Source: Octopus vulgaris (lineage: Eukaryota). From it: a stretch of DNA of 64,000 bases. The notes beneath the pieces were generated by a model that was not told the DNA's origin, did not search any database, and saw only the letters and a program-made list of their open reading frames with translations. Positions 14,373 through 28,995 of this stretch are shown in pieces. Both the position numbers and the translations under genes were made by a program. Each line of letters starts with the position of its first letter. The first letter of the stretch is position 1. The DNA lies in contig OX597818.1 of NCBI GenBank assembly GCA_951406725.2, forward strand, positions 99,448,001 through 99,512,000, in the 5' to 3' direction.

Positions 14373-15132
14373 TAAAAACAGAATCTTGATATGTATTGTT
14401 GCTGTTATTTAAACGATTTAACGAAGGAAGCAGCGTGACAGTATCGAAGCAAAATATTCGCAAACATCGAAATATGATTAGTCAATAGAACATCGAGACT
14501 TTAATGGTAGCAGAAAAAAACAAACAAAAAACAAAACAAAACAAAGATTACAAAACATTAAAAAACAGTAGAATATATGAATGTATGTATGTGTATATGC
14601 GTGGGTGAGTGTGTGTTTGATTTTGTCTTTTGGTGAAGGACGTGTGAATAAGTTGCTGGTTGGCAATCTGATAAAAAAAATCGATTTTATATCGATCATA
14701 TACGGTTCTTTAACTATCTGGACAAGACAATAAATAGTTCACGCTTTAGTTCATCTAGCAGTCAGCAAATATTTACGTTGTCTTCTGGAGATGTAAGCAG
14801 AGATAAACAAGCGTCTTGCCTAGAGGAGATGTACCTCTCATCCACCTAACGCAATATGAACTCTTGTGACTCGATTCAACATATTTCAAGAAGTAACCAT
14901 GTAAGTGATTGCACACACTATTGTGCTAACACCTACATATGCACACCATAGGCGAGCGTCATATCGATGTACATTTTTGCATACTGTATGCAAGTGTCTT
15001 CATATATTTATGAGTTTCTATATTTATCTACGGTTTGTGTGCAGCTATATAAGGTATATGAGAAAGATTGTGACAGAATATGAAAATATCTAAGTATGCC
15101 TGATTACATAATACTGATGTGTAATAAATGTG

Positions 15133-15204
<72 letters not shown>

Positions 15205-15685
15205 CGCGTATATATACTTGGGAAGGCTTTGGTGTGTATGTTAGTTAACGAGAATCACGAACGAATGTGTCAGTTTGCTCATAAGAGTGTGTGAGTGTTA
15301 GTATATAGAAGTATTATTAAACAAAAATAAACACAATTGTGTATAAATGAGTGTGTGACTGTATGTGTGTGTGTTTATGCGCACATGCATGTATGTGTGT
15401 GTTCGTGTTCGTGTGTGTGTGTGTGTGTGTGTGTGCGTGTGTGTGTCTTTCTCGACATTTCCCTTTTGTATAAGCGAGCTGATAAATCGATAGTCAGGTT
15501 TATTTATGAATCCAGTCCGAAGTAATAATGCACATTTACAAGCCCAACTGGCTTTTGCCAAACAACTCATTTGGATCGGAAGTTAACAAGGAGTTCTAGT
15601 GTGTTCAAAATAATGATTGTCTTAATATAGCTTTAACAGCACCTTGTACAAAGTCACACATAGGCGCTCATACATATATGAACAC

Positions 15686-15722
<37 letters not shown>

Positions 15723-15998
15723 AGCACATACTTTCGTATGTGTATGGTCGTGTGTCTATGTGTGTATGTGTGCATATTAAAAAATACATCTGTACACAAA
15801 TAAACGACACATGCACCCACTTATGCTCACATGCAAATACGTTAAACTCATATAAACATATCCATGAAAAATCGTCTGTCATTCAATTTTTCTTTTTCCC
15901 TAGCTCTCTATCTCTCTTTCACTCTGTCTTTCTTTTTCTTACTCGAGGGCGCTCAAAGACTTGCATGTATATGTATGTGTTTGTGCGCAAACACGAAC

Positions 15999-16038
<40 letters not shown>

Positions 16039-16440
16039 GTAGTTATATATATGGATATTCTTTTGCCTTTATACGCTTATATACATTACACACACACACT
16101 CAACACATACACACATACACATGCACTTGCACAAACATAGTTATTCTCGCTCTCAGAATAACACGGCGACAGGATACGGAAATACATGTAGACTAGCAGA
16201 TTATTACATAAATAATATTATAAAATCCGCAGAGGACGGATATATATATATATCTTACTATCTACGCATGGAATGCTTCATACATTCACTCATTTATTCA
16301 TATATATATATATATATATACGTACATACACACATATATATATATATATAACATAAAATATATATGTATTATATATAATATATATGTATATATATGTATG
16401 TAAAATATGTATACCATATATTACATATATACATGTTTCT

Positions 16441-16990
<550 letters not shown>

Positions 16991-17629
16991 CCCTTTCTAT
17001 ATACATACACACACATTTCTAAACCTTTTATTGAAGTGCTTTAAAAGAGTAGCTTGAAATGAAAACATTAATCATGTTAGCAGAAAGCTCTTTGACTTTT
17101 TAAGACATTTTAAGCTACGTATAAAATAAAACCGTCTGAGTTTTTAGAAACGATCTTTCACATAAGAACACAAACCCAAAAGCCATATTGTATGTTAAAT
17201 ATGCTTGCACGTACTTACGTGTAACTAATATACTTATCGCCCAACTTTCAACTTTTCCTATTTTTAACAGATCTGATATGCAGACATTGATCTCAATTGA
17301 TGCTTTTAGACTTTTAAATCAAAGCTTGCCTACCATTCGCCGCAAATTATAGGTCAGGATATAAAAATCCTTCTTGTTAACTATAATGATATTTTCATTC
17401 GCTTTCGATTCGGTCGTTAATGGGAGAAATATTAAATACGTTTTTTGTTGGCGGGTGGGGGTGGGGGATATTCATTTTATTTATTGTGTCTGTGTGTTTG
17501 TGTATGAAAGTGTGTGCTTATATGTGTACATATGCATGTTATTTTTTTTGGTGAGTGTATGTAGAATGTGTATGTGTGTATCTGCTTCGTGTTTTTTTTA
17601 TATACTTTGATTCCACTCCTTTTCATTCA

Positions 17630-17857
17630 CTTCGACTTTCCTCTTCGTCCTCCTCGTCTCGTCATCGTCACAGTCGTCATCATCATCATCATCATCATCA
17701 CCATCTTCTTCTTTTTCTTCTTCTACTTCTTTTTCTTCGTCTTCGTCTTCTTTTCTTCTTCTTCTTATTATTATTCTTCTTCTCCTCCTCCTCCTCCTCC
17801 TCCTTCTTCTTCTTCTCCTTCTTTTCCTCCTCCTTCTTCTTTTTCTTCTTCTTCTTC

Positions 17858-17908
<51 letters not shown>

Positions 17909-17925
17909 CGTTATCGATATTATTC
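17630..17925. repeat. Compound trinucleotide repeat (TCA/TTC/TCC/TTA)n
   Basis: Direct reading; explains the homopolymer-peptide ORFs. Confidence 0.95.
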
Positions 17926-18217
17926 GGTGCTTTGATTTTCGTCGTGTTCTTTCGCAGCACTACAGTGTTGCAGTCACGTGCGTCTAGGGTGTGTGCAGTC
18001 TTTAGTCTTGGTTTGGAATTTTATATTGTGGTTCCAGCGCGTTATGGAAAACGTAAGAAGTACCTACGCGAACCATGTTTTGTATTTTGTGTTTCTTTAT
18101 AAGTCATAGGAATTTGGATGTGTATTTTTCTGCATTTAAAAAAATATTCTCGAGACATGTATGATTATAAAGATTATTGTTGTTGTTGTTGTTGTTGTTG
18201 TTATTTCTATTGCTGTT

Positions 18218-18429
18218 AAGACGGTGAGTTGGTAGAGTCGTTAGCGCGTCGGACAAAATGCATAGCAATATTTCTTCTTGCTCTACGTTCTGAGCTCATA
18301 TTCCGATGAGGTCAACTTTGTCTTTCATCCTTTCGTGATCGATAAAATAAGTACCAGTTGAGCACTGGGTTCGATGTAATCAACTAGTCCTCTTCCAGAA
18401 CTGCTGGCCTTGTGCCAAAATTTGAAACC

Positions 18430-18497
<68 letters not shown>

Positions 18498-18508
18498 CAT
18501 TATTATTA
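18218..18508 (+). mobile_element. SINE family B2, full length, with long (TTA)n tail
   Basis: aagacggtgagttggtagagtcgttagcg...tttcatcctttcg...ggccttgtgccaaaatttgaaacc(tta)n. Confidence 0.85.
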
Positions 18509-18627
18509 AGGCGGTGAATAGGCATTTTGTGGTGAGTACTCTATTAGAGTGGTATAATTGGAGATTTGCATTCCACATTGACATGTTGTACTTTAGGAAG
18601 CTAGAAATCAGAGTAGAAAGTTTGAAG

Positions 18628-18698
<71 letters not shown>

Positions 18699-18880
18699 GA
18701 CGTCGCACAGTATACAATATCGTAAGGTTGTTGATTAAAGATATTGTGTCTATCGGGGTTTTATACTGCTTGACAAATCACAACAAAGACCTCAGACAGA
18801 CAGTACTTTACGCAATATGCATACAGTTTCAAGTAATGCCGACTTTTGAAATGCATCTAGATTGTATGGTATTTTAAAGT
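18699..18880 (-). mobile_element. 3' end of an R4/Dong-like (restriction-like endonuclease) non-LTR retrotransposon
   Basis: 18875-18792 translates KIPYNLDAFQKSALLETVCILRKVLSV*, matching the LQKxxLLGTAxILRKVL C-terminal motif; a ~95 nt 3'UTR runs into (TAA)n. Confidence 0.7.
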
Positions 18881-18926
18881 TTTTTTTTATGTTTGACTCA
18901 CGTATCTGCCACATCTTAGCGATCTC

Positions 18927-19335
18927 ATTATTACTATTATTAAATATGGTTTCCTTTCATTACAACTTTATTTCAGCTGGCTTAGTGCCGGGCATACTCC
19001 GGAGGCCCAGAGTAGCAAGGGCACTTTTGTTTGGCTATGCATGCTAAAATTATCACCACATTTATTTCATTTTAGGTGGAGAGTGCTTTACGTAGTATAT
19101 GAGCTGTACCCATCAAGGTTATCTTTTGTAGTTCACGGAGATTGGAGTTATTAGGGGGTTGCTTAATATACTTCTCAGCTCCCTTCTTTCTCATTCCCAA
19201 CTCACCATTTACTACTGGTATTATCGAAGGACTAAGATTCCACATTTTTCCGATTTCAACTGGCAGATCTTTATAGTGAGAAAGCTTTTCATATTCCTTT
19301 CTTGAGACATTTTGATCTTGTGGGACATAAAAATT
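18927..19335 (-). mobile_element. 3' end of a second R4/Dong-like retrotransposon (endonuclease C-terminus and 3'UTR)
   Basis: VPQDQNVSRKEYEKLSHYKDL..EIGKMW...IIPVV.GELG...LQKITLMGTAHILRKALST*, typical of restriction-like endonuclease ORF ends; 3'UTR ends in TAATAATAGTAATAAT. Confidence 0.85.
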
Positions 19336-19350
19336 CACACACACCTACAT

Positions 19351-19481
19351 ACGACGAGCTTCTTTCAGTTTCCGTCTACCAATCGGTCGGCCCGAGGCTA
19401 TTGTAGAAGAAACTTGCCCAAGATGTCACACAGTGTGACTGATGCCGGTACCATGTGATTAGGAAGCAAGCTTTTTACCAC
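19351..19481 (-). mobile_element. SINE family A, 5' half
   Basis: cttctttcagtttccgtctacc...acttgcccaag...accatgtg. Confidence 0.8.
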
Positions 19482-19622
19482 ATATCGTAGAATTTATTTT
19501 TGCCTTTCATCCTTCCGCTGTCGATAAACTGAAGTGCCACTTAAGTATCGGGGTCGACGATCGATGTAATTTGATTAAACACTCCCGCTTCAAAATTGCA
19601 GGCTTTGTGTATAAATGACAAA

Positions 19623-19680
<58 letters not shown>

Positions 19681-20450
19681 TTGATAGTGATGATGGTGAT
19701 AATAATCATCCCTCTCTCGTCATCATTATTACTTTTTTTGATGTTATTATTTTATATTTTTTTCCTATTCTCTGGTTCATTTACATTATTTTATTAAACA
19801 TTTTCTTTTCTAAAAAAAAAAAAGAAAAACTAAACAATGCATAAATCACAAAAGCAAACAATAAAAAGCAAGTAAAGCGCAAGAAAGAATGAGACACAAA
19901 AAAAACAACAAAAATTAACAAAAAATGAAAGTGAAAGTGAAAGTAGATTAAATCAAACTTAATGTGTATTCAATACTCCCGAATCAAAGGAATTGTTTCA
20001 GAAACCAAGAGAAACGGCTCTAGCTTAAAGCATTGAGATAGATAGGCAGACAGACAGGCAAACCGACCGATGGATAGAAATAATGTGCGTGAGAGAGAGA
20101 GAGAGAGAGAAAACTGAGGGCGAGAGAAACAAAGGAGAGGAAGTGAGACGCAGGTGAGAAGAGTTAGAAAAGAAGGAAAGGAGCGGGATGAAATCAAATA
20201 TGAAACACACACACACATACATACATGCATAAATACAAACATACATACACACACACATACATACATACATACATACATACATACATACATACATACATAC
20301 ATACATACATACATAAGGTACAAAAAAAATGAAGATGCATGAAATCTTTAGGTAGCAGGAAAAAGTTTTAGGAATAACGAATAGTATAATCAAATATTAC
20401 AAAAAAATATATAACACACACATACACACACACACAAACGCTCTCTCTCT

Positions 20451-20487
<37 letters not shown>

Positions 20488-20735
20488 ACTCTCTCACACA
20501 CACATACACACACACGTACGCATCGACCCGATGGTAACGAATATGATGAAGCCAACGTAATCATTAATGAATTTCAAACTAGTTCATTACGAGTTCTATC
20601 TTCTTTATGGGCACTGTTTACTCTTCCCACTCCACTCTGTACACACGTATATACATGCATGCACGCACACACACACACACACGTGTACATACATACATAT
20701 ATACAGAAATACGCAGATGTACACGCACACATGCA

Positions 20736-20823
<88 letters not shown>

Positions 20824-20991
20824 CTTATTTCCATTGTTATTATACTATAAACCTACTGGCTACACCATCACTACTTGATGGTTTTCTACTTGTGCAACAA
20901 TTACCGACAACTTGATAACTTAGTAGCATTTTTTAAAGATGATTCTCTTTTTATTTCCTTCTTCCTTCATACCTTTCTTTCTTTCTTTCTC

Positions 20992-21046
<55 letters not shown>

Positions 21047-21684
21047 CTCCCTATTTCGTTATATCTTACGTTCATTCAGATACCACATTTACAAACCCAG
21101 ACTATTCAGCTATTTTGAATAGTGATAACGTTTTTGTTTTTGTTGTTATTGGTTATTGGTGTTGTTATTGTTGTGAGAAACAACAGAAAGCCGCACCGAT
21201 TAATAATTGAAAATCTGAAGAAAGAATGGGGATATTACAGTAATAAATTTCACAATGGATTGGAATCACTTTAACTGAGAATTGGTATCAAAAGAGTAAC
21301 TATTAAAGATTTTGTTTCATTCTGACCTTCCACAATATGAAACATATTTTTAAGTGGTGGGCAGGAAATAGGATATTGTCTATTCGATTTTATGGCTTTT
21401 CTGATATCGTAGATGAAATCAAATGTTTTAATAAAGAATTAATATTGAGTAGCAAACTCGGTTAAAAAGGATATTATATCCTCTTTTGTGACACTCGTTG
21501 CACTGTTCAACAGTTTTGTGAAGAGCCTTATTGTCTTGTAAGTTGTGGTGACACGACTGAAATATTCAGTTTCGTATTGTGCATTTAGAACAAATCCCTC
21601 TTTACAATACATCTACTAAACAATCTAAACCCCAGGCACTTTTTAGGTGGTTAAATGTGGAAAGGGTAAAGGGTAATGTGTAAA

Positions 21685-22012
21685 CATCTTCGGTCATGAA
21701 TGATCATGGGATTGCACCTAGAAAGATCCCCTCCGGGGCACAAGTCCGGGTAAGCTTGTTTATAAAAGACCAGCAGTCGCCCATGCATACCATCCCCCCC
21801 TCTCTACGCCACTGATTTTATTCAAGAGAAAGGCAAAAGCTGATACAGCTTAGCACTAGTGACATCGCAACTCATTTCTACAGCTGAGTGAACTGGAACA
21901 ACGTGAAATAAAGCGTCTTACTCAAGAATATATATCGCAGCTCTCGATCCAAGAATCTGACTCATTACCCCATGATTGTAAGTCCGACGCTCTAACCACT
22001 GAGCCATGCGCC
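21685..22012 (-). mobile_element. tRNA-derived SINE family C, full length
   Basis: Minus strand GGCGCATGGCTCAGTGGTTAGAGCGTCGGACTTACAATC (A box, tRNA-like) with body shared with 43280-43600. Confidence 0.9.
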
Positions 22013-22960
22013 AGTCAGATTTAAGTGTATTGGCCAAGGACGCATCATTTTGAAGTATATAGATTATGGATCACCAATTTTCGACTGTGAGTCTGAACGA
22101 CTTTCTATTCTCATGGTTACACTCCTCATATATTTACAGAAAAAAAGAAAAGGAAATTAGAAGTGGAGACCTTTAGAATTATTCAAAGTCTCTAGTTGTA
22201 TAATGAAAGAGAAATGGTTTCAGACTAGTTTTCGAAGTGATCATGATTGCATTTTGCTTAGAGATTATTCTTAACAATTCAGTACTGGTTACTATATGCT
22301 GTAAATGATAGGATCCACATATATATAGTCAGACATGTATACAGAAAAAGTGAATGAAAAGATGTGATGTTTGAACTATTTTACGATTTATTAGTGGCAA
22401 AACTGAAATGGATTGATTGCAAGGGAGAATATAAATAAGTTAAAAGCCTTCAGTAACGGAAAAAGTTTCACTTGAATATCAACGTTTATGATTAAAGCGA
22501 CTTTGTGACGTTGTTACATTTAGCTTAATAATATAAATGAGAATTACTTTCCACTCGAAACTGATATCGGATCATGCACGCATCTGCATAGAAGCTTAAG
22601 CTTCATTGTATTTACTCTACAGTTACAGCATAGTTAACTTTATTATCACAATATACTATATAAATATTGACTTTACCATCACAGCATAACAACTAACTTC
22701 CTAGTTTACAACAAAACAGTAATGGTATTAGGTGTATATTGTAGCTAGTTATAACAGATGGACTTGGAAAAGATTAGAAACGTGTGCTAACAGTCTGCGT
22801 TAATGAAGAAAATCTAAAAATTAAGCAGCTTTTGTAATGGGATTAGTTGCATAAACTCTTCAAAGTTATTTTTGCTGCCTGAGATTCTTGCTAAATGAAT
22901 TCCTTCTTGAATATGTTTTCAAATCAGTTGAAATTTTATTCCACATATCACCCACCTCGT

Positions 22961-24101
22961 CGTCATCTTGGTTTCTGAGACAACAACGCAATCATTCCTG
23001 ATGGCGTTAGCTGGGAGGAAGGATGGTGAAGGCATAAAAGAGAAAGAAAGTTAAATACACAGAATAGGCAGAGGACTGCCGCAAGAAAGGGTAGAGAACC
23101 TGATAATCGCCTGTGGAGGCTGGCTGGTGTGGGATTTGCAGGGCGTTTCCTGAATGAGGCCCATGGAATCCTGGGTATTACAGAAATGAGAAGAAAAAGC
23201 ACCCAATCGTTAGCAACGTAGAGGCTGCTGAGAAAGCATCTATAAGGCTCTGATTGAAAAGAGGTCACCGGTTGGGTCAGGAGAACGCCACTCAGACACA
23301 AGTTTAGTCTCGACCAACTTATATCGGGTCGCCTGAATGAGGATGGATTTTGTAAGACATGGAACACGAAATTACTACAGGGTACAACACTGTCGATGCA
23401 AAAATAAGCTGTAGACGGATGTACAATTATTCGAATTTTTATAACATTGTTATTTCTGTAGTCCTTTTTCCTCATGGAGAAATTACAACCGTGTTTCGTG
23501 GTCTGCTACCACAACAGCTCCTTTATAGGATCCAGTGAGCTCAAGACATCATCAGGAGGAACCACGCCCGGTTTCGGCCCCTACTCCTCTACCGTTTTGA
23601 CGTGGTGCCCCGCCCCCCTTTCGGAGGTGTCTTCAGCTATGGTGTTGGGTGCATGTCTTCTTTCTTCTTCTTTCTTCTGTTTCCTGGCCTCTTCGATGTA
23701 TCGTCAACGAATATCAGCCTGTGTCTGACTGTCTTGTCAAATTTCTCCCTTTAAATACCTGCCGCATGGGCTCCAGCCAGCAGTCCCAGAAAGTTGTCAC
23801 GTGACACTGTCTCACCTTAACTGACTAGTGAAGGCGCGTAGTTTTAGCCCGCGCTTTTTCTAAACGACCGTCACCTGTCAGGCAGCCCCAGCAAGTTGTC
23901 ACGTGACACTGTCTCACCTTAACTGACTAGTGAAGGCGCGTAGTTTTAGCCCGCGCTTTTTCTAAACGACCGTCACCTGTCAGTCAGCGAAGCTGATTCA
24001 CTCAGCTTGTCTCACCTAATGATGTTATTTCCCGTCGGCGTGTTTATGACTTTCAAGCCATTTTACAAACGTCGAATGCTTCTCGGTTAGACTAGATGAC
24101 A
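22961..24101 (-). mobile_element. Solo-LTR-like element, ~1.14 kb
   Basis: GC-richer island with inverted ends (minus strand TGTCATCT...AGATGACG), a tandemly duplicated block, then TATTTAAA at 23750-23757; no TSD seen. Confidence 0.55.
23791..23983. promoter_or_regulatory. 102-bp-period tandem duplication with palindromic E-box TGTCACGTGACA in each unit
   Basis: 23791-23881 is identical to 23893-23983; palindromes at 23795-23806 and 23897-23908. Regulatory role is inferred. Confidence 0.6.
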
Positions 24102-24788
24102 CCCCTGGTTAAACCATAGATCTTAGGAAGGGGATTTTGGGAAGGTGAAAAAGTAATACTTTAACTGCCCCAAAAATATTGAACTGAGATCACTACAATC
24201 AGTAAATTAAATAAGCATCCTTCAGTTGAACAATAATTTCACCCAAGTCAGAAATCGTTCCTCTGTACTTACTACATGGTACTCCAAGCCAATGAGAGAG
24301 TCTTTATGCCATCACCCCGCTAGAAAGAGCAGTTAAAAATACTTCAGGTCACATACCACCATAAAGGTGAACTGTATAATTTGTTCCTAAATATAGTATG
24401 CTTAAAATTAGACGGGGTGGTTATAGATGGAATGTCTTTTACCATAAATCTACTCAATCAAGACAGACCTGGTGGTATACAACCACAGCAGGAAACCATA
24501 TGGTACCGATTTAAAGCGTAGTAGACCTGAGACAACGACTGAGTGGAAAGTGTTTTAGTCATAAACGTATTGGTAATGGGGTGCAGAACATCATATTAAC
24601 TTAGAAAATTGTGAGAAACTTCTAATGGTGTCGTAGGAAGTGATTTTTGTTTGTGCTTCAGGAGATATTGGCGAATTAGTCGTTATAAGAAAATATTGGC
24701 GATTCCTGTACGAATATACGTATATATATGGAAGTGTGTAAGTATGTGTATGTATGTATGTATGTATGTATGTATGTATGTATGTATG

Positions 24789-24819
<31 letters not shown>

Positions 24820-24820
24820 G

Positions 24821-24866
<46 letters not shown>

Positions 24867-25340
24867 TGAATATGTATATGTGCGTATGAAAGTTCATGTA
24901 ATACGTATGTGTGTGTTCATGTTTGTTGTTGTCTGAAGCCTGGTCGGTAGCAGGTTATGGCGGTGGTATAAAAGTGTGATTTGAAATTAGGAAAAATATA
25001 TCTGATATAAATAAGCGTACATGATTGAAGAAAGCAAAATAAAATATATAGGAAAATAATAACTAATAACTGAAAAATACAATAAAACGGAAAATATAGA
25101 AATGAGAGAAATGATTGAACCAAAATCATAATGAAAGAAAGATGTGTTAAGAGGTAGAGTCTCACCAATTTCTAAAGATTTAGAAAACAGTGATGTTAAA
25201 GAGATCGCTAACGCTCTTTTTGATCTGACGATGTTAAAAACTGTCAATAATCAAGTAATTTTATAATCAAAAGTACTTGTGTTTGTATGTGTATATATGT
25301 GTGTATATGATTTTATATACATGAATATATATATATATAT

Positions 25341-25388
<48 letters not shown>

Positions 25389-26165
25389 TCCACACATACG
25401 TACATTCATGCATATGTACATATAGGTGAATATACACATACAAATATTTATATGTGTGCATATATGTATATAAACACGCGTATACGTATACCTACAAATA
25501 TATAATAATATATATATATATATATATGCAGATATATATGTATATATGTATATGTATGTATATATATAAACACAAATTATCATATTTATAGACATTTAAG
25601 CATTTACACATTTTACACTAAGACTATTTCTTCAAAAATATATACGCATGCATACATATACTTTCATGCAGACACACAGATACGCACGCACGTGCGAACA
25701 CACACAAGCACACAAACACAAACACGCATTCACATACACATACTTGTATATATAATGATATATGTTAAAGTGTGCACTGTATATAGTAACATATATATAT
25801 ATATATATATGTAGTAGTGATATATACCAATACATATGTGTGTGTGTGAGTGTGTATATGCGTTTGTGTATGCATGTGTGAGGATATGTATATGTATATA
25901 TATATATGTGTGTATATATATTGTTTTCATATTTTGAGTAATTTATTTCAATACTTGATTGAAATGATAAGAGGCAGAGTTGTATGATGCAGTGATTTCA
26001 ATTGCCGCAAATACTGAATAGAAAACGGTTCTGTGTCTGTACATACGTCATATACATCAATATATTTATACCTATATTTATATATTTCCATTTCTATGTC
26101 CATATCTATCAAAATGATATATATATATATATATTTACGTATATATGTATGTGCTTACATATGCG

Positions 26166-26226
<61 letters not shown>

Positions 26227-26462
26227 GTATGTATATATATGTAATCATTTATTTTCTAGTTGTCTGTTCTCAATTTCAATCGCTTCATCGTTTTATCCCC
26301 CACAAAGCAACCATCCTCATGATTCTAATAAAGTGAAAAGAGAATGTGATAATATATTCAAGCTTAATGTGATATTTCAGGTTCATATAGAAGATTCAGC
26401 AATTCAATCTCATTGAAAAGGTTAAAAGCGTAGAGGCATTTAAATAGCGAATTATATGTATG

Positions 26463-26496
<34 letters not shown>

Positions 26497-26653
26497 TGTA
26501 TGTATGTATGTATGTATGTATGTATGTATGTATGTACAAATAGATTTCTGTGTGTGTATCTGTGTGTGTGTATCTATATGTCTTTATATGTATAAAATTA
26601 CACTTATATATATATATGTATATATATGCATATTATATGTGTGTATATATATA

Positions 26654-26688
<35 letters not shown>

Positions 26689-27369
26689 AGAAAAGTATAT
26701 ACAAGCATGCTCATACTTATGTAATATTCATAAACAATTTTAGAATGAAATATCTAACCAACCCGCTCGATTCACCACTTTAATGTCGAGTTCTTCCAAA
26801 ATTCGTGCATACTGCTTGATGTGTGCAGTTAAATCAGAAAATGGCCTTTTGCGATTGACTATCATTCACAGCGCTTCGGGTATTACTACACACTATCGTA
26901 AACAGATTTAGTGAAAGTTGTTTTTCAGCTTTACATATATATATATATGAAATAGTCATCCTTTTTTAGTTAGTCCTCACTTATTATTGAGTAAGTCCTT
27001 GTAATCATTTCAAATAGTGTGCTGGAAATTTAATATTTATTTGGTCATGATTACCTCGTTTTTTTTTCTTCGTATATATCTTATTTTCTAGTACGGGTAT
27101 ACATATACTGAATCTAATAACGGGTAGGTTCTGCCAATTTTCAGTGGCATTTATTTTAATACAATGTTCACGTTTAAAACTACATGTAACCCACAAAAAA
27201 TGTACAAAACACTCATATATTATTTGGATACGGAAGTGTTCTTTTAATCACCCACTTTTCTGCACACACATATATATATATATTTAAAATGATACATATC
27301 TACGCGGAATATAGAGGAGCTTTTCGTGATAGCCACGTGATTCTGTGAATCCCTATATTGCACTTAAGA

Positions 27370-27702
27370 GGGAAGACCCCTTCTGTCTCGATTGATCATG
27401 GGATTGCACTTAGAAATTTCTTTTGCGAGGCACAAGTCTTGGCAAGGCTTTCTGTGGAAGACCAGCAGTCGCCTGTGCATACCAGTCTTCCATTTCCACG
27501 CCACCGATGTTGTCCAAGTGAAAGCCAAGGCTGATAGAACTTGGAACCAGTAACATCGCAACTCATTTCTACAGCTGACCGAACTGGAGCAACGAGAAAT
27601 AAAAGTGTTTTGCTCGAGAATACAACACACAGCCCTGTCCGGAATTCGAACTCACAACCTCACGGTTGTAAGCTCGGCGTTGTAGCCTCTGTACCAGGCA
27701 CC
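27370..27702 (-). mobile_element. SINE family C
   Basis: Aligns with 21685-22012, including the B-box-like ggaattcgaactc. Confidence 0.85.
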
Positions 27703-28683
27703 TTTATATATATTGCACTACACGCACACGCATACCCCCACACACACAGACCAAATTCTCAGTGGACAACCAGCAAGGCAGTATTTTGCAGCTGAAACTT
27801 TATACAGACAACAAAAAGTATATGGCTTAATGTCATCAATGTCATCTAAAAATATGACGTCACTCGACATCATCCTGACGAATCATCGTCTTACTCAGGG
27901 TTTCCAATTCCTGGTGGAAGTTATTTTCCATTAACAATGGTATACATTATTAAAAAAAAGGTTAATCATTTATTTAAAGAGTGATTGTGTGAAAAGGCCA
28001 GCGACACGGCGGAAATGTAACGTTGCTGTGTTTAGTTTTATAGCTTTACATACTGAGTTCAAATCCCGAGGGAGACTTGTAGCTATTGCATTTAATCCTT
28101 TTGTCTCTGATAAAATAATGGATGGACACATGCCATGTGACAGATTTAATAGACTCTGTCTTTCTTTATGAATGTGTTGCTTTGTAACAATATGATAAAT
28201 ATAACCAGCATTGTATATAACCAGCACTGCTGAGTAAGACATTAGCTCCAAGTCATATGGAGCTGTAAGTGGGTTTCATTCCTCATTTACATAATTTCAC
28301 TTGACTTACAATCAGGAAAATTGGCCCAATTCCCCTCCATGAATGTATTCCCCTTTAGCTTATATCTGCAAACGAAGATCTCTATCTCCAACTGTCTCTG
28401 CATGCATGCATATATATATGCACATCCACAAACGTAGCGGCTTTTGTGTGCGTGTGTATACTAACATAATTACACACATACATATATTTGCTGTTAGCGA
28501 CAGAAGCAGCTTTTGTAACGAATGTTCATTAACATAGCCAACTTAACTTGGATGTGCTGATTATAACGCCTTAGATTGGAGTAAATGTCACCATAAATCG
28601 TTTCGCTTAGACAACAAATGTTAAAAGACATCGAACATCTGTTATTGGTTGACGAAATTCCATCATTGCATCGGCAGAAAGCT

Positions 28684-28729
28684 CTACAGTATCACGTAAT
28701 TTCACCGCATCGTGGATCATCAGCGGCAG
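28684..28729 (-). ncRNA. Slightly degenerate type I hammerhead motif
   Basis: CUGCCG-CUGAUGA-U-CCAC-GAU-GCGG-U-GAAA-UUACGUG-AUA-CUGUAG; stem I pairs at 5 of 6 positions, near-palindromic stem III. Confidence 0.5.
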
Positions 28730-28995
28730 CTAGCCGACCCAAATGCCAGACAGAAAATCAGTCAAACTGACGAATGTATGTATGCTGGTGTATATATTAA
28801 TATATATTAATATATGTAGGGGATCTGCCAGTGAAGGCCAAGGCCTGAGCAGGATATTTCGAGGGAGTCTGCAAAACAGATTAGAATCAAAGTTCACCTC
28901 GTTGGGTTTTGGACTCGGAGCACTGAGCGTTGGTATAAATACAGTAAAGCATTCTGTTCAACAGCTCTACCACTTCACAGACATATATATATATA

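Noticed and set aside
21960-22012. tRNA-like sequences at SINE heads (also 43280, 51440)
   Set aside because: They run into repeated SINE bodies and lack a full cloverleaf; not tRNA genes.
23484-23560. CUGAUGA...GAAAC-ACGGUU-GUA on the minus strand of the LTR-like element
   Set aside because: No stem I adjacent to the cleavage triplet and an irregular stem II base.
23791-23983. Possible CRISPR-like or viral origin repeat
   Set aside because: Only two long tandem units, no repeat-spacer array and no cas or viral ORFs; eukaryotic context.
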